From NCBI GenBank assembly GCA_964106915.2, contig OZ066917.1: a stretch of DNA of 64,000 bases; one strand, given 5' to 3'. Shown piece by piece: positions 35,062 through 49,100 of the stretch. The position numbers and the translations under genes are program-made. This DNA is from Podarcis gaigeae (taxonomy: Eukaryota). Below the pieces are notes generated by a model. The model had not been told where the DNA came from and did no database searches. It saw only the letters and a list, made by a program, of their open reading frames with translations. The first letter of the stretch is position 1; each line of letters opens with the position of its first letter.

Positions 35062-37486
35062 TTTCTTCTTCACCGGTTTCAAAATAGATGTCCTGCAATG
35101 CTTATTCTCTCCCCAAGGGGGCGCACACTCTGCACCCTATCTGCTAACTTATTAATCACTTTGTTCCAATACACTTTTATCCGTTCAGGTTGCCACTTCT
35201 AAAATACCAGTTACTAGATGGTAATGTTATTTTAGATGGTATTTATAAACAAGGAGCACCGTAAACAGTGAACAATGAGCTATATGGGAGTCAGACAGAG
35301 GGGGTAGATATGAAGGTCAGACAAAGCAAACAAAAATTCCCTCCAACAATTTTTATCCTTATTTTCTATCTAAACTTCTAAATTTCTTTTCCTAATTACT
35401 CCAATTCAAAATTTCCCCCAGAGTTTCCCCCAGAAGGCTATGTCAATACTTAAGAGTTAAACTCCCAAAAAGGGGAACAGCAAAAAACAAAGACAAAAAA
35501 TTCTCTCCAACCACAGGAGGCGTAGAAGCATCAGAGCTGTTCTTAGAAGGAAAGAGAGTTTTTTACAAACTGGGCAGGTAGTTGTGCCCAGTCTTGGCAA
35601 CACAGCTCAATGAAGACCACACCTTTGGGGTTCCAAATACGAAGAACAGGATAACACGAAATTTTTACTTGGCTTCTATCTCCTAATGTTAATGCTAGTA
35701 TTTATATTCTTCAGCCACTTGCTGGCTTAATCCAAATTCGGGTTGTAAGAGAAGGGTGTGGAAAAGACAGGGGCAGGAACACAGATGTCTTGGCGTCCTA
35801 AAATCCTATGGAGAGTCCTAAGGGAAAAAGGAAAAGGCAAAAAACAAGAGGGGAAAAAATAAAATAAAAAATAAAAAATCAGGTATTAATATGTCCTCAA
35901 TGTTCTGGTTTTGCTTCTCTCCTTTCAAGAGCCGAAAAATCTGAGTGTCAAAGTCTTTTTATGTCTCCAGTATTCAATCAGTCAGTCAGGATGATAAATT
36001 GGCTATAAGTCTGTAAGTGCGTCCTCTCAGCTCAGGAGAAGCAAGGGAGAGAGAGAAGAAAAAAGGTCCCCATTCACTCTAATGGGAAATCTAAACATGG
36101 CTATATCTTTCCCCCCTTTTGGCTAAAGTGGATAAAAATTCTTTTGTAATTTATTTATTTCTCAAGACTTACATTTTGCTTGATTGTAATTAAATCTCAA
36201 AGCAGCTTACAAAATTTACAGGTATAGGAAAGTCTCCAGAGCAGATACAGCCTGCCAAATTGCAGACAAACAGTTTTATGTGCTTCAGGGAAGCACTTGA
36301 GAGGTACCAAAGGGATATTGTCTCTCTGATCTTGGTGCTAACCACCAATGCTCTGAGAGATAAACCCTCTGCTTCCTCTTCAAGAGCAAGGAGCTCTCAC
36401 CCTCACCCACCTGCACTTGAGTCAGGGGAAAATGCTGCATTTTACAGCTGAAAAGCATGCAGAGGGATTATTTCTGATCTCACCACTGTGGTACTTAGCA
36501 CTAAGATTAATGTTAAAATATCCCTCCACCTGTAGAGAGAGCAGGGTGAAGGGTTTGATCTCCTGAAATTGGGAAAGAAAGCAGTCTGCCTGATCTCCCA
36601 GTAAGACAGGGAAATAAAGATATGGGGGCTAGTGGGACAATTTCTATGGCTTCTGTGGTTCTTTAAGGTATATTATGGCAGAGCTGAAAACTTGCCCTAG
36701 TGCTTTTGAAAATCACATTTTGATGCTCACTGCATATTTGTTCACGTTCCCAAACTGATCAATGTTTTTGTTTTGTTTTTCATAGTCATGGATGTTTCTC
36801 ATTTCCCTTCTTTTAAGTGGCCCAGGGTCACTTGCCAAGAATGTCACGGGCTAATGGCAGCCAGGCTTTTGTCTCACTCTCCTTGACTTCATTTGCCCTT
36901 GGTCTTCATCTGATCATAGTTACATGTAGAACCAGAACATTCTCAAATGAATGCAGTTTCCTCAGAGAGTTAAGTATTCTTCAAGGCCTTAGGTGTTTAT
37001 ATTGTTCCATTGTTTTGCATTGTTTATTTCCCGCTATTAAAAAAAATAATCCCTGCTACCTTCCATGTTATTTGCTGCATTCATTTCTTTATCCCTTGTG
37101 CCTATCAAAAAAATAAAGGGGTCATAGTGTGAAGGTAGGAAAGAGTCACCCTCTGTTAACAGCTAGCCGTTGTGGACTACTAATTCCAGACAGCCCATTA
37201 TTTCATATAGCGTGTTCTCCTTCATGAAGAGCACATGTTGCGGTGGGGGCTATCAAGACACACACTGTTGCTGGGCGGGAAAGAGATTGGCCACCATTAT
37301 CACTGAGCTCTTCTTGTTGCTGGGGAGAATTATATGTTGCCATTTTGTGATTGACAGCCGTAGCCTCTTTTTGCTGCGTGCATCGGATCACCCGCCCTCC
37401 CTCCCTATTTTCAGGGTTGTTTGCTTGACCCTGCTATGCCTGTCATGGGGTCGCCTGCTTTGGGACAGGGGCCCGGTAGGAATTTT

Positions 37487-38159
37487 TTTAAAATAAATAT
37501 TTATTAAAGTTTCAAAAAGTATATTAAAAACAAAACATAACAACAATACAAACAAACACAAACAAAAAACAAGTATAATTTCATTCCCTTATTTTCTTGT
37601 GCCTTACTTCCCCAACTTCCTCATACTTCCCCTTTCTGTATTCCAATTTCTAGTTATTAATTCAGCAAATCCTCACCCTTATTTTCCATCTAGTTTTTAA
37701 CCTTTCTTTTCTATTTACTTAAACCATTACAGCTGGAAACCACATAATTTCTAAACCAACGTCATTCTAGCATTCATTAATTTTACAATGTTTCCTAAGA
37801 TAGTCCTTAAATTTCTTCCAATCTTCTTCCGCTGTCTCTCTTCCCTGGTCTCTGATTCTGTCAGTCATTTCTGCCAGTCCCATGTAGTCTAGCACCTTCA
37901 TCTGCCATTCTTCCAAGGTGGGTAGATCTTGTGTCTTCCAATACTTTGCGATGAGTATTCTTGCTGCTGTTGTAGTATACATAAAAAATGTTCTATCCTT
38001 CTTTGACACCAATTGGCCGACCATACCCAGGAGAAAGGCCTCTGGTTTCTTCAAGAAGGTATATTTAAATACCTTTTTCATTTCATTATATATCATTTCC
38101 CAGAAATCCTTAATCCTTGGGCATGTCCACCAAAGGTGAAAGAATGTACCTTCAGTGGA
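37487..38159 (-). mobile_element. 5'-truncated L1 (different subfamily from 29900-36064) with 15-bp TSD
   Basis: ORF2 C-terminus FFHLWWTC...KKPEAFLLG...AARILIAKYWK, 3' UTR, AATAAA and short poly(A). TSD cccggtaggaatttt at 37472-37486 and 38160-38174. Confidence 0.93.
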
Positions 38160-38252
38160 CCCGGTAGGAATTTTGTCCATTTGGCTGATTGGCTGGTGCC
38201 ATTTGGTTTTTGCCTACTACGTAGCAAATCGTCACAACTTGCAAGGTTGCGG

Positions 38253-38548
38253 TTAGGCACTGGTTTTAATTGGTTGGTGGAGGGGAATAGATTGGCTGTG
38301 CCTGCCCCTCCAAATGCTGCTGCTGCAAGGGTATTCTGTTAAAGGAATCCAGGGGCTCACCATGCTTTTGTCTGAACCCCTGCCAAGGGGCTAGGGCCAT
38401 GCAAGAGCCCTGGGAGCATTTGGGGAGAGGTGAGGCATGGTACCCAGCTCCGTCTCTCTCCCCAAAATGTTTTCCCTTTCTGACTTTGCTGGTGGGCGAA
38501 TGTCAGTCTGTCCCTGTGCGGGGTCAGATGGTCGCAACCAATGCCTAA
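38253..38548 (+). ncRNA. Putative structured RNA/ssDNA domain of element B
   Basis: Closing stem ttaggcactggtt/aaccaatgcctaa (one mismatch), with internal hairpins homologous to 14720-15056. Confidence 0.6.
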
Positions 38549-41002
38549 GCAACCACTCACATTGCTCGTAATTTTAATAAAGTTGTGGCCAAAATTATGC
38601 CAAAAACCTTAAACTAAAATCATGTGTCAATTGTGTTTTATTTGGGGGGAGGGCTGTCTTGGGGATCTCGACATGCAATCTGGACATTTTTCAAAATAAT
38701 AGGTTATATGACTGCCTATTGGTTACACAAAATGTAAGAGGGACTCAGTGAATCTTGAGTGAATAAAGCTCTGTCAATACTTGCAAATTTAAAGAGGTAA
38801 ATGTCCCTCACTTTTATTTGCATGCTTATTTCACACAGATGCAAATTTTGCAATTTATAAACCATCAACTACTCATTTTATATGACCTTTCAGGGAAGTA
38901 TTTTAATACGTTTAAGACGGTTTGTGGATCCCAGAAAGAATAATATTAATGTAACTTTTATCGGTCCTGGAAAATATATGATTCACTTTCCACAGAATAA
39001 AGCAGAACATGATTGATCATCACATAGAAAAGCTTCTGCATCCATTTGTAAACATGTGGGAGCCACTCTCGGATTTTCCATTGGATACACACAGGGTGGG
39101 GTCAGTCCACAAATGGAGGGAAGTCCACATCCTTGGGGCAAGGATGAATGGCAATAGAAGTTCAAGCAGAGATAAAATTGATTAAGATGGAAAATCAGCT
39201 TCAGCTTCAGTTTCCAGGGGTGACAGACGCAAGGCAGGAGGATGTCTCTCTAAGATCTGATTTGGGTTTCACAACGGCAGTAACTCACTGCTTTATATTT
39301 CTGTAAACTATCAGGAGCAGTTATGGAATAGCCAGTCACTTCCTCCCTTTCTACTCCTCATAATACTGCTTTAGTTGAATCTCTAAGGCTGCAGACAAGT
39401 TGGAAAGGAGATTGAAACCATTTCCTTTTTATTTTATATCATGGTCAAAAAGGAGTTCCCAGTGTTCCCAACTTCTGGAACTAATGAAAGTAATAAAAAA
39501 ATTGGAGAGGTGTAAAACTGATATTTTAGCCACTGGCCTATATTGAAACCATTTATGATTAAATGATGCTTCATTCTTGTGGACTGCAAATGAAAGCAAG
39601 AGACAGAAAAGGGGTTAAGCATGCATTCGGTCTAGCCATACTATTTCATTAGATTGGACCCTGTTTAAAATCCTGGTGAGTCCTTTGAATTTCTGTTTTA
39701 TTTGCATTTATGTGTTTTTATACTGTCATTTATTGACTTGAGATCATGTTTTTGTTTTAATATTTTATTTAATGATGTTTGTTAGTGAGATTGTATATCA
39801 CTTTGAGATTTAATTTTGAAATATGAAGCTTTTTATAAATGTATTTAAATAAAATAAAATAATAAATAAATATGTGACCCACCCTGGGAACTTTGGTAAA
39901 GTGCAAATAATAAACGTATCTAATAATACACATTGGTATTTGTGTAGAAGCTAGAGTGACCTCCTGGAACTTTTCTCACAGGGAGAGCTGCCAGTCAAAT
40001 GCCATGGAGGCTGAAGGAGAAGAGTGGAGAAGCAAGGAAAATAATAAAGAATTTCCTTCTTCTCTCTGCCCAGTCTGTCCCAGTCACTGGTGGCAAGTCT
40101 CTCCACTTGTAAAGGATATGATGGAGGGGAAAGAAACTGCACACATCTCGGCTTCTTCTTTAGTCTGTGTTCCATAATGAAAATTCACAGTTAGATTTAT
40201 TTCAGACACTAGAGCTGTGGTGTCGAAAAATCTCAAAGCAATTGGGTAATGTGAGAAACCAAGGTGAGGAGGAGAAAGCCTAACAAGGAACCTCTATTAA
40301 TGCCTGAGTCCCTTGATAACAGCAATGACAGAAGTGTAATCCTGAAGTTGACTTCAGTATCAAGTAGATTTTCAATTAAACTGCATATGGCCAGAAGACT
40401 TAGCAGTTATCATAAGGATGAGCCCAGGACAATTGCCAAAAATCTGCATACTTAAAAATACTTAATTTCGTTTCATGGGAAGAAGATCATCTGTGACAAG
40501 GGAGCAGGTGCTACAAATCAGAATTGTAAAATAATATCTTGTAGGGACAAATTATCTGCGGTATGAATTTAGTGCAAACAAGTCAAAAAGTAGCTTATTC
40601 ATGGCATTTCAGCAGCGTTTCATTATTCTAATATATGAACTGGTTTGCCAAGTGTACAGAGATTTTGCAGGCCTTGAGAAATATGATTAATTTCTAAGGA
40701 AAGGAGTCGTGGAGATCATGCCCATCTAAAAGCCACATAGTTTGGCAACAAACCAACACAAAGTTCAGCACACTTAAGTCAACTGAAATCAATAGGGTTA
40801 AGTGCCTTTAGCTGTGTGTTGGATTGTTGCCTTTAACCTGGAAACCTTGTTTTTACAATACCAGAGCTGCAGGTACAAGTTCAGAGCTGTAATTTCTTCT
40901 TCTTTATGATCTCTAATTATTAGGAATGCCGCCAAAGTGCATCCCATGTCAGAAGTCTTTTGGGTGAGTCGGTGTGTTAGAGGCCCATTTTGAAAACAAG
41001 TA

Positions 41003-41335
41003 CAGTGGTACCTCGGGTTAAGTACTTAATTCGTTCCGGAGGTCCATTCTTAACCTGAAACTGTTCTTAACCTGAAGCACCACTTTAGCTAATGGGGCCT
41101 CCCGCTGCCGCCCCGCCGCCAGAGCACGATTTCTGTTCTCATCCTGAAGCAAAGTTCTTAACCCGAGGTACTATTTCTGGGTTAGCGGAGTCTGTAACCT
41201 GAAGCATATGTAACCTGAAGCGTATGTTCTCATCCTGAAGTAAAGTTCTTAACCTGAAGCACTATTTCTGGGTTAGCGGAGTCAGTAACCTGAAGCGTAT
41301 GTAACCTGAAGCTTATGTAACCTGAGGTACCACTG
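41003..41335. mobile_element. Tc1/mariner (Tigger-like) MITE with internal taacctgaagc repeats
   Basis: TIR CAGTGGTACCTCGGGTTA / TAACCTGAGGTACCACTG with TA TSD. Confidence 0.9.
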
Positions 41336-41764
41336 TAGAGTAGATGGTGACCCGTGAAGATCTGTTCCTCAGAACAGAGTTATTCAGATTTGCACAAAGA
41401 AAGCTAGCCATACTTAGGTATGGTTGGAGCAGCCTATTTCTGTTCTGAGTTAGTTTCATATGATCTCGATGATACATCTGTTCCAGCCTGTGTTTGTTTG
41501 CAAAATTTAAAATAAAATGTACGGGGAAATGTTGCAATTGAAATGCATGCACTTTTCTATAAAGTTTGCAATTCGTATGTGTTCTCCTAAAATACACAGT
41601 TTCTATGCTTTTCAGCTCAGTTCCCCCTAAAATACACATTTTTGTATTCTTTTTCTATATATAAATCGCACACTGTTTTAAAACCCAAACTGCATTACAA
41701 AATTCAGAGACATTTGTATCCTGATCCATAGCTCCATTCCAATCCACATTATATATTGTTGTTA

Positions 41765-42135
41765 CTAATTAATTAATTAATTAATTAATTACTATCCCAC
41801 CTATTGAGTGCTTGACAGGACTCAAGGCAGCTTATAGATAATAATAAGAACTGCTAAAACCACAAAAAAATAAGAATGAGTAGGTATTATATATAAATAT
41901 GTAAAATATATTTTAAAACTATACAAATAATTACAATAAAAATAGCATGGCACCAGCCCTTTCATTAAAAGCAGTTAGTTCCCCAAAGCCTGCTAAAACA
42001 AGAAAGTATTTGTCTGCCATCAGAAGGACAACAAGGAGGGAGCCAGTCCAACTTCTCTAGGGAAGGAGTTCCAAGAACTAGGAGCAGCCACAGAGAAGGC
42101 CCTCTCTTGTGCCTGTGAGGATGGTGGGACTGAGA
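41765..42135 (-). mobile_element. Old L2-type LINE 3' fragment
   Basis: The reverse complement encodes RAFSVAAPSSWNSFP...LLSF*WQTNTFLF, followed by an AT-rich UTR. Confidence 0.6.
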
Positions 42136-43689
42136 AAAGGACCAGAAGCAAAGAATTCACCTTAAAATGAGGATCACACAATTTCTCCTCCATTCTCTTT
42201 GCATGGACCCAGACTGATTGCGGAATTCTTCCAGATTCTACAGTTTACAACATAATTGAGTGGAGCAAAATGGAACTAATTAACACTGCCCTCCCACCTA
42301 AAGAAACAAAACTGGGTGCTTCTATGAATTCCATGTTCTAGTGCTAAGGAACTCTGTTTAAAGTGAATCCTGCAAAAACATATATTCCATAACTGAGAGC
42401 AATAAACGGCAGAGAGGAATCTGATCCATTTTTAATTGTTCAGAGTTAATGTATAATTTTATATAAATAGCTGCTTCATTTATATAGGATAGGAAGGGAT
42501 AGGAAGGGGATAACGAAGGAGACAAAGACGAGAGATGGATAAAACCTGGTGGTTCCGAGTTCATCTATTGATACTAAATAAGGGAAAATCCAAAGCCCAG
42601 CAGTTTTAATCCACAAAATCTCCCCACCTCAAGTTTCAAAATGTTTTTGCTGTTCATCAGATTTCATACTACTTCACATTAGCAGGTATATTCTCAACTT
42701 GATAAATACTAAGCCAAAGCAGAAATATTAGATTTTCTGTGCGTGGATATATGCTATCCTCTATTTGGAGAAATAGTTGGTTTTAATGGATTTTTCATGA
42801 AAGTTCACAGTGTGGGTTTTCCACTATCACTGGATACAAATCTTTTAAAAACTAAAAGATTTAACGCTATTCTAAAAAGATTGAAAGGACTTGCAGGTAC
42901 CTAAATGCAAAACTTTAAGAGCATTGGAGAAGTGGGCAGGATTGCTAGTTTTGCAGAGTGTCGCTGTGGAAATGCTCACCCCATCTCTTTCTTTGAAAAG
43001 GGAAGGGGAAGAAGTTCCAGATGGCAGTTTTTATCAAACGACCACATCAGTGCCTTGTCCTGCTCAAAGGCAGCAATATGAGGTCTGACACAAGGCATCA
43101 AAATGTAATATGAACTTCATAATGCACATCATTTCCTCCTTGGGAACTTGATTTCATTATAAAACTCGGTTGGAAGAAGCTACTATTTCATGTTTATCAT
43201 TGGAGTATAGCCTTGACCTTCACAAAATATCATTTTTCTTGCTCCTTTATTTTTTAAAAAATAAGATATTTGGATTATGTTTCACCCCACCTCATTATAC
43301 CCCCCTTTTCCTTCTTGTTGAGTTTGTATTGTGGTAGCATTTGTTTCTGACACATTTTGTTGTAAAGCAGGCATAGGGACAAAGGAAGCTGCCTTATACT
43401 GAGTCAGACCATTGGCTCAGCAGTGTCTACACAGACTGACTTTGCATCTCCAGGATTTCAGACAAGGCTCTCGCCCACCACTACCCAGAGATGCTGGGGA
43501 CTGAACCTGTTACTTTCTGCATACAAGGCAGTGGTAGGAAGGAACAGGATTCATCAAGCTGGGTGTTTGGGTAGACCAGAAGGACACCCACCTTGGCGAG
43601 CTTTTTCTGGTAGGCCTTGAACAGCTACACAAACCCATATTTGTGCTCAGCAAAAGCAGCTGTTGATGTGCTGAATGGAGCTGGGCAAG

Positions 43690-44013
43690 AAAATGGTCTC
43701 CACCCCAATCATTCCGCCCGGACACTGAGGTCCAGCACTGAGGGCCTTCTGGCGGTTCCCTCACTGCGAATAGCCAAGTTACAGGGAACCAGGCAGAGGG
43801 CCTTCTCGGTAGTGGTGCCCTCCCTGTGGAACGCCCTCCCACCAGATGTCAAAGAGAACAACAACTACTAGACTTTTAGAAGACATCTGAAGGCAGCCCT
43901 TTTAGGGAAGTTTTTAATGTTTGATGTATTACAGTATTTTAATATTTTGTTGGAAGCCGCCCCGAGTGGCTGGGAAAGCCCAGCCACATGGGTGGGGTAT
44001 AAATAAATTGTTG

Positions 44014-44055
<42 letters not shown>
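43690..44055 (+). mobile_element. L2 LINE 3' fragment with (TAT)n tail
   Basis: ARTLRSSTEGLLAVPS...RAFSVVVPSLWNALP...FRRHLKAALF is the L2 ORF2 C-terminus, followed by AATAAA and a TAT microsatellite. Confidence 0.88.
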
Positions 44056-44056
<1 letters not shown>

Positions 44057-45554
44057 GGCAAGAGAATTGCAAAGTGGATGCCAGTTCTGATGCTTACTAG
44101 AGGGTTCAGTCTTGCAGGGCTCTGCTTCCCCAGTGTGTCCCTGCAGGGAATGTGCTTGCAAAGTAGAGGCTGCGTGCCTCTCCTTCTCACCTGACACCAC
44201 ACTGACAGCCCTCTGACAATACTGGATTGCTATGGGCAACCCAACCCAATCCAGGGTGATCCAGAGTTATCTGCATTTGACTCTGCAAAACCACCACCAC
44301 CAGGCCAATGTCTCCTATTTGGTTTGGGATTTGGACAAATCAGATGCTCAGTCCTAGTCTCTATGGACCACCCTGTCTCATCTACCCTTGCATAACAAAT
44401 ACTTGTGTCCTTAGAGCAGGGGTAGGAACCTTTTTCAATGCCAGCATTGGTCAGGGTCAGAGGCAAAGGTAGTGGAGTAACATGTAAAATTTCACATGTA
44501 TAGGAGCCTGAGTTTTTACACAAATACCCCTTTCTTTCCTCCATCAAGGCAAGCAAGAGGCATGATAAAAACTCAAGGGCACATTCCAGCCAGGCAAAAC
44601 CACTCAAGGAGAGTGCAAAGCAGATGTAGCAGGGGGGGGGGTGGTCGGCCTGGGTGATGTATCAACACATTGCCTGTTAGGAAAACAGTCTTTAAGATAC
44701 ATATAAAAGTTCCTGGAAGCTTTAAAGAGGGTTCCAGAATTTTCTGTGTAGGAGTGGCACTCTAGTCCCTCTGCTAGCAGTGCCACTTTCAACATTAGGC
44801 AGCTGGTAGCAGAGGGACTCAGGAGCTTTGTCAGTTTCACCCATTATATACTGCTGGGTAAAGCTGCCATCACACACTGCCCCTCATACCACAGAGAGAG
44901 GAGCAAGCTGTATCACTAGGCCGATACAGCTTATCCCCCCCTCAGCTTCTTTAAACTGCTCCCACCCCCCAGCTAAGTGAGCCCTGATGTCTCACACGTG
45001 GGGGTGGGAGCCACTTGCATGCAAGTGAAAGGGACATTGGGGCTCACTCACTTGGGGGGTGGGAGTACCGGCACCTATTTTTCGGGGGGGGGGACACTGA
45101 TTCTGCCTATCACTACTCCTCATCCTCTTCATGCTTGCTGCCACCCAACCACTTCTTGGGGCCTTTCAGGTGAGACACAGCATATCCTCTTTGCCACCAC
45201 TGCTTCCCCTGCTCCTCTCAGTTGGTCAAGCAAACTGAATGTTGTGTTTCACCCTTCTTCCAGAGCAGGAGGGTTCAGTTCTGCTGTCTGAAGGGGTCTG
45301 GTTCATTTATTGACTGCTAGAGCTATCCAAAAGCCTATACAATAAAAAAAATAGAAATAGAATTTAACTTCTTGGCACTTTTATATTAAATGGTAACTTA
45401 AAGTGTTTAAAGCATCCCTAATTATCAATGAAATCTGCACCTGAAATGTCCATTTCAGATTTCCAGGTATTGTGTCTTAATTCTGTAATTACTGCTCTTC
45501 TGTAGTTCAATGAGTTACAGTAAATTATCCTGTGATATCAATATATAAAAAGAC

Positions 45555-46160
45555 AAGAACAGTAGAAGATCCTGCTGAATCAGGCCAAGGGCCTATCAAG
45601 TCAATCATCCTGCTTTCACCTTGGATAACCAGGTGCCAGGGGGAAGCCTGCAAGCGGGACCTCACCATAAGAGCACTCTCCCTAGAAATTGGTATTCAGA
45701 GATGTCTGACACCAGAGACAATACATCACCGCCATAGCTCATAGCACTTGATATCATTATTATACATTTGTCTAAACCTCTTTAAAGAAACATTTAAGAT
45801 TGTGACCATTCCTACCCCTTGCAGAGCAGATTTCATATGTTTAACTATGCATTGCACATCCCTTTTTCTGTTCTGAATCTTCCAGTCTTCAGCTTCATTG
45901 GACAGCCCCACATGCCAGTATTATGAGAGAGAAAAACGTCTCTCAACCCACTTACTCCACACCATTCATAATTTTCTAACCATTTTTTTTCTCAATTAAA
46001 AAGCCCTAAATGTTGCAACCTTTCCTTATAAGGGAATAATTCCATTCTTTTGATCGTTTTGGTTGCCCTTTTCTGAACCTTTTCCAGATCTACATATATC
46101 CTTTTTCAGATGAGGCATCCAGAACTGTACATAGTTCTCCACATGGAATTTCTATAATGG
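45555..46160 (-). mobile_element. Old CR1 LINE 3' fragment
   Basis: The reverse complement encodes YVQFWMPHLKKDI..LEKVQKRATKTIK..YKERLQHLGLFN, typical of the CR1 ORF2 end. Confidence 0.75.
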
Positions 46161-49100
46161 AATTATGGAATGGAACAGAATTATGATAGCTAAAAACATG
46201 CGAAAGTTGACATGGACTAGAAACAGATAGATTTGCTTATCTCCACGTTTCAGATGTGGCTAGATAGATAGATAGATATGGATTTGTGTGAAAGCTCCAC
46301 ATACCTGAGAGATTATTTCATGCTCAGTAGATCTCAACAACAAGGCTTCCCTTAGTTTACATCACCATTCAGTACCATTTTCCTTTCAACAGGAAACACA
46401 TATGCTCTTTGCTTTGGTGAATATGGGGAGAAATAGTGCTAACTCTTTGGTTCTTGCTTCCTCCACCAACCGGCATTTTAAGGAAACTGCTTACTTCCCC
46501 GACTCATAGCTCTGTGCTGCTCTCTGCTGTTTGCTTGAAACTTATCTGATAAAGTAGTAGCTTTTATAAAGATATATTAATGGGGTATAGGAAAATAAGG
46601 AGGAGGTTGTCCTCCTGCTCAGAACTCAGTCACTTAGCTACATTGGCATATTAAATATAATCAAGAGCAAACTGCCTTCATTACATTTAATTTTATTTTG
46701 GTGTGCCATTCTTTTGTGTAAAATAACTGAGCCCCATGTTTTTGGAATCCCTATATTCCCTTAAGCACATACATGTTTAGTTGTAAGCACAACACACTTT
46801 TTTTAAAAAAACCTGTCTTTATTTGTAAGATCCATGAGGAGAGATTCCCAAACATGCAGACTTTGTCATGCTGTTGTTGCATTTGAAAAAGAAAGAGGAC
46901 CCGACTTTCTAGATATAACTGAGGTTCTTTTTTTATAAGGTGGCACATATTTACACTATCACCTATTGTGATTGAATGATATATATTTGCCGATTAAGTG
47001 CTTGACTGATGGTTCCCAGCACGCCAGAATATTTATTCTTGAGTGATCAGCTTCCTCACCCTCAAGGGAGTCTCCATTCATTCTAATGCAGCAGATCTGC
47101 AGCTGCAATTTATTGAGCATGTTTATCTGTCTCCTTCATTGAAATGAACATGAACCCATGTGCATAACAAAAGCTCACTGCACAGAGCAGAGGAGTACAT
47201 GCAGTGCTCTTAATATCTCTTCTAGGGATGATCAAGGGCACAAGTTGCCTTTTTACTAGTGCTGTGCTAAAATACTATCACCCCTCCCTCCCTCCCTCAA
47301 TTCTCCGTCAATTAATGAGAAATGGAAGGGCATTTGAAAATTATCAAATGGGACGCAGGACCTGGATGGGGTGCAGGGGTTTTGGTGCACATACCTTACT
47401 CTCAAAGTGCCCTAGGGGTTGTTTTTGAAAGACCTTGCATTATATGAGTATGGCTCTTGTGGTCTGCACAATGTGGCCTTCCTGGATGCCAGGGTTTCCT
47501 GACATGCTTAGCTGGGCTATCCTGAGGATCATTATTCCTCATGACGCAGACTTTTTTTTAAGGTCAAAGGAAGCACTTCCCTTAAAACCAAAATCAATGA
47601 GTGCACCTATCTCTGGCAGCCAGTAGTAGGAGTGGCCACAGGCAAAAAATGGCAGTGGAATTGATGTGACACTTATCTTTGTACAGTAGGCTACATTTCA
47701 GCTATGCAAAAGTCAAAGGTTTCTACTCATACACATCTCTGCATCCTCCATCTAGGCAAAAAACAGCCATTACCACATTTTAAGGACATATTGAAGCTAG
47801 GCAACAGCACTTCTTCAGGCAGTGAAGGAGGACCAGTGTGGGGTATGGCCTGGGAAATGACTGTGTCCTGATGAAATAATTGAGAGCTGAGCAGAGAGGT
47901 ATCAAGTGCTGAATCTGGCTCCCATGCCCTGGGCCCCTAACTCACAGAATAAATTGAAGATCTTAGCTGAAGGCTTGATGTTTTAATTCATTTTTGTTTC
48001 CCTTATTGGGTTGTAGCCAATGTTATTTCAATTCAGAATAGACCCATTGAAACTAATGGACCTTATATAGTTTTTCCCCTCCTCAGATTTTGGGGTATAA
48101 GTAACTTGAGGGTTGCAAACTTGTTTGTTTTTTCTCTACTTCAAGTGCAAATAAACTTTGCCCTCCAGATGTTGCTGAACTTGTCACCCCATGTCATTGA
48201 CCATGCTTGCTGGGGCTGATAGGAGTTGTAGTTTAGCAAGATTTGGAGTGCCAAAGGGTCCCCCTATCTGTCCTACATCACCCGAGCTACATTTAATATT
48301 CACTGATTTAACCTGGTGAAATCAAAATAAGATAACCGGAAGCAGCTCCCTAGTTAAAGTGGAACTATTGCTTACTGCAAGGGAGAGTGGGAGTGGCAAG
48401 GTGACAGAGAGGTCAGCATGGTGCAAACACATTGGTGGAGGTAATGTGACACCACTGCCATTGTGTTTGCATCGTGCTGAGCTCTCCGCCACCTCATCCC
48501 TCCTCATAGCAATAGCAGCCCATCTGCTGGGAAGCTAGCACAGTGGCAAGCCGCTTCTGAAGACAACCATTCAACTTCCGTCCAATTCAATTGGATACTT
48601 CACATTAACTGTTGGTTGCCAACAAAGCAGTGGTGTTCAGGGAGAGATAGAGAAAGTAGTTAAGCAACTCTCATATGGAAGAACAAGGTTGGCAGCTTAT
48701 AGGGCTGAGCATTTAGCAAGCAGATGAAAGCTAATATCTTAAATCAGGGCAGAGGTCCTTTTAATTTCAGTGGACTTTGGTGGCAGCCAGTCTGATCAAA
48801 TGCAACACCCAGTGGTGAAACTGACATGTCTGCTGTTTAAAGATTTCCTTTGAGTAGCAACAGATAAGAGAACAATACACTCCAGCTCTTATCTACTGCA
48901 GTGAATACATTAGGTGGCAATGATAAGGTTGAAAATGAGGCATAGGCATGTTGAGTCTAATGACTTGTTAAGTGCAAGTGTCAGCTTCTTTTTTTAAAAG
49001 AAAACTTCAGGAAGAATTGCACAGTCCCTCCAAATTTATTTAAATTGCCACCCTCAACACACAAACAGAATATTATACATTAATTAAAATAAGAAAGTTG

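Larger units (their letters stand above)
29900..36064 (-). mobile_element. L1-clade LINE, apparently full length and young, with 17-bp TSD
   Basis: TSD ggtccccattcactcta at 29883-29899 and 36065-36081. Contains about 1 kb of 5' UTR, ORF1, ORF2 and a 3' UTR with AATAAA. Confidence 0.95.
37209..38678 (+). mobile_element. Non-autonomous YR-retrotransposon derivative (element B, ~780 bp net), interrupted by an L1 fragment
   Basis: The first ~140 bp match the reverse complement of 20340-20482 and the last ~430 bp match the reverse complement of 14597-15060. No coding region. Confidence 0.88.

Noticed and set aside
30554-35202. Multiple plus-strand ORFs
   Set aside because: Antisense shadows of the A-rich L1 ORFs with no independent protein signature.
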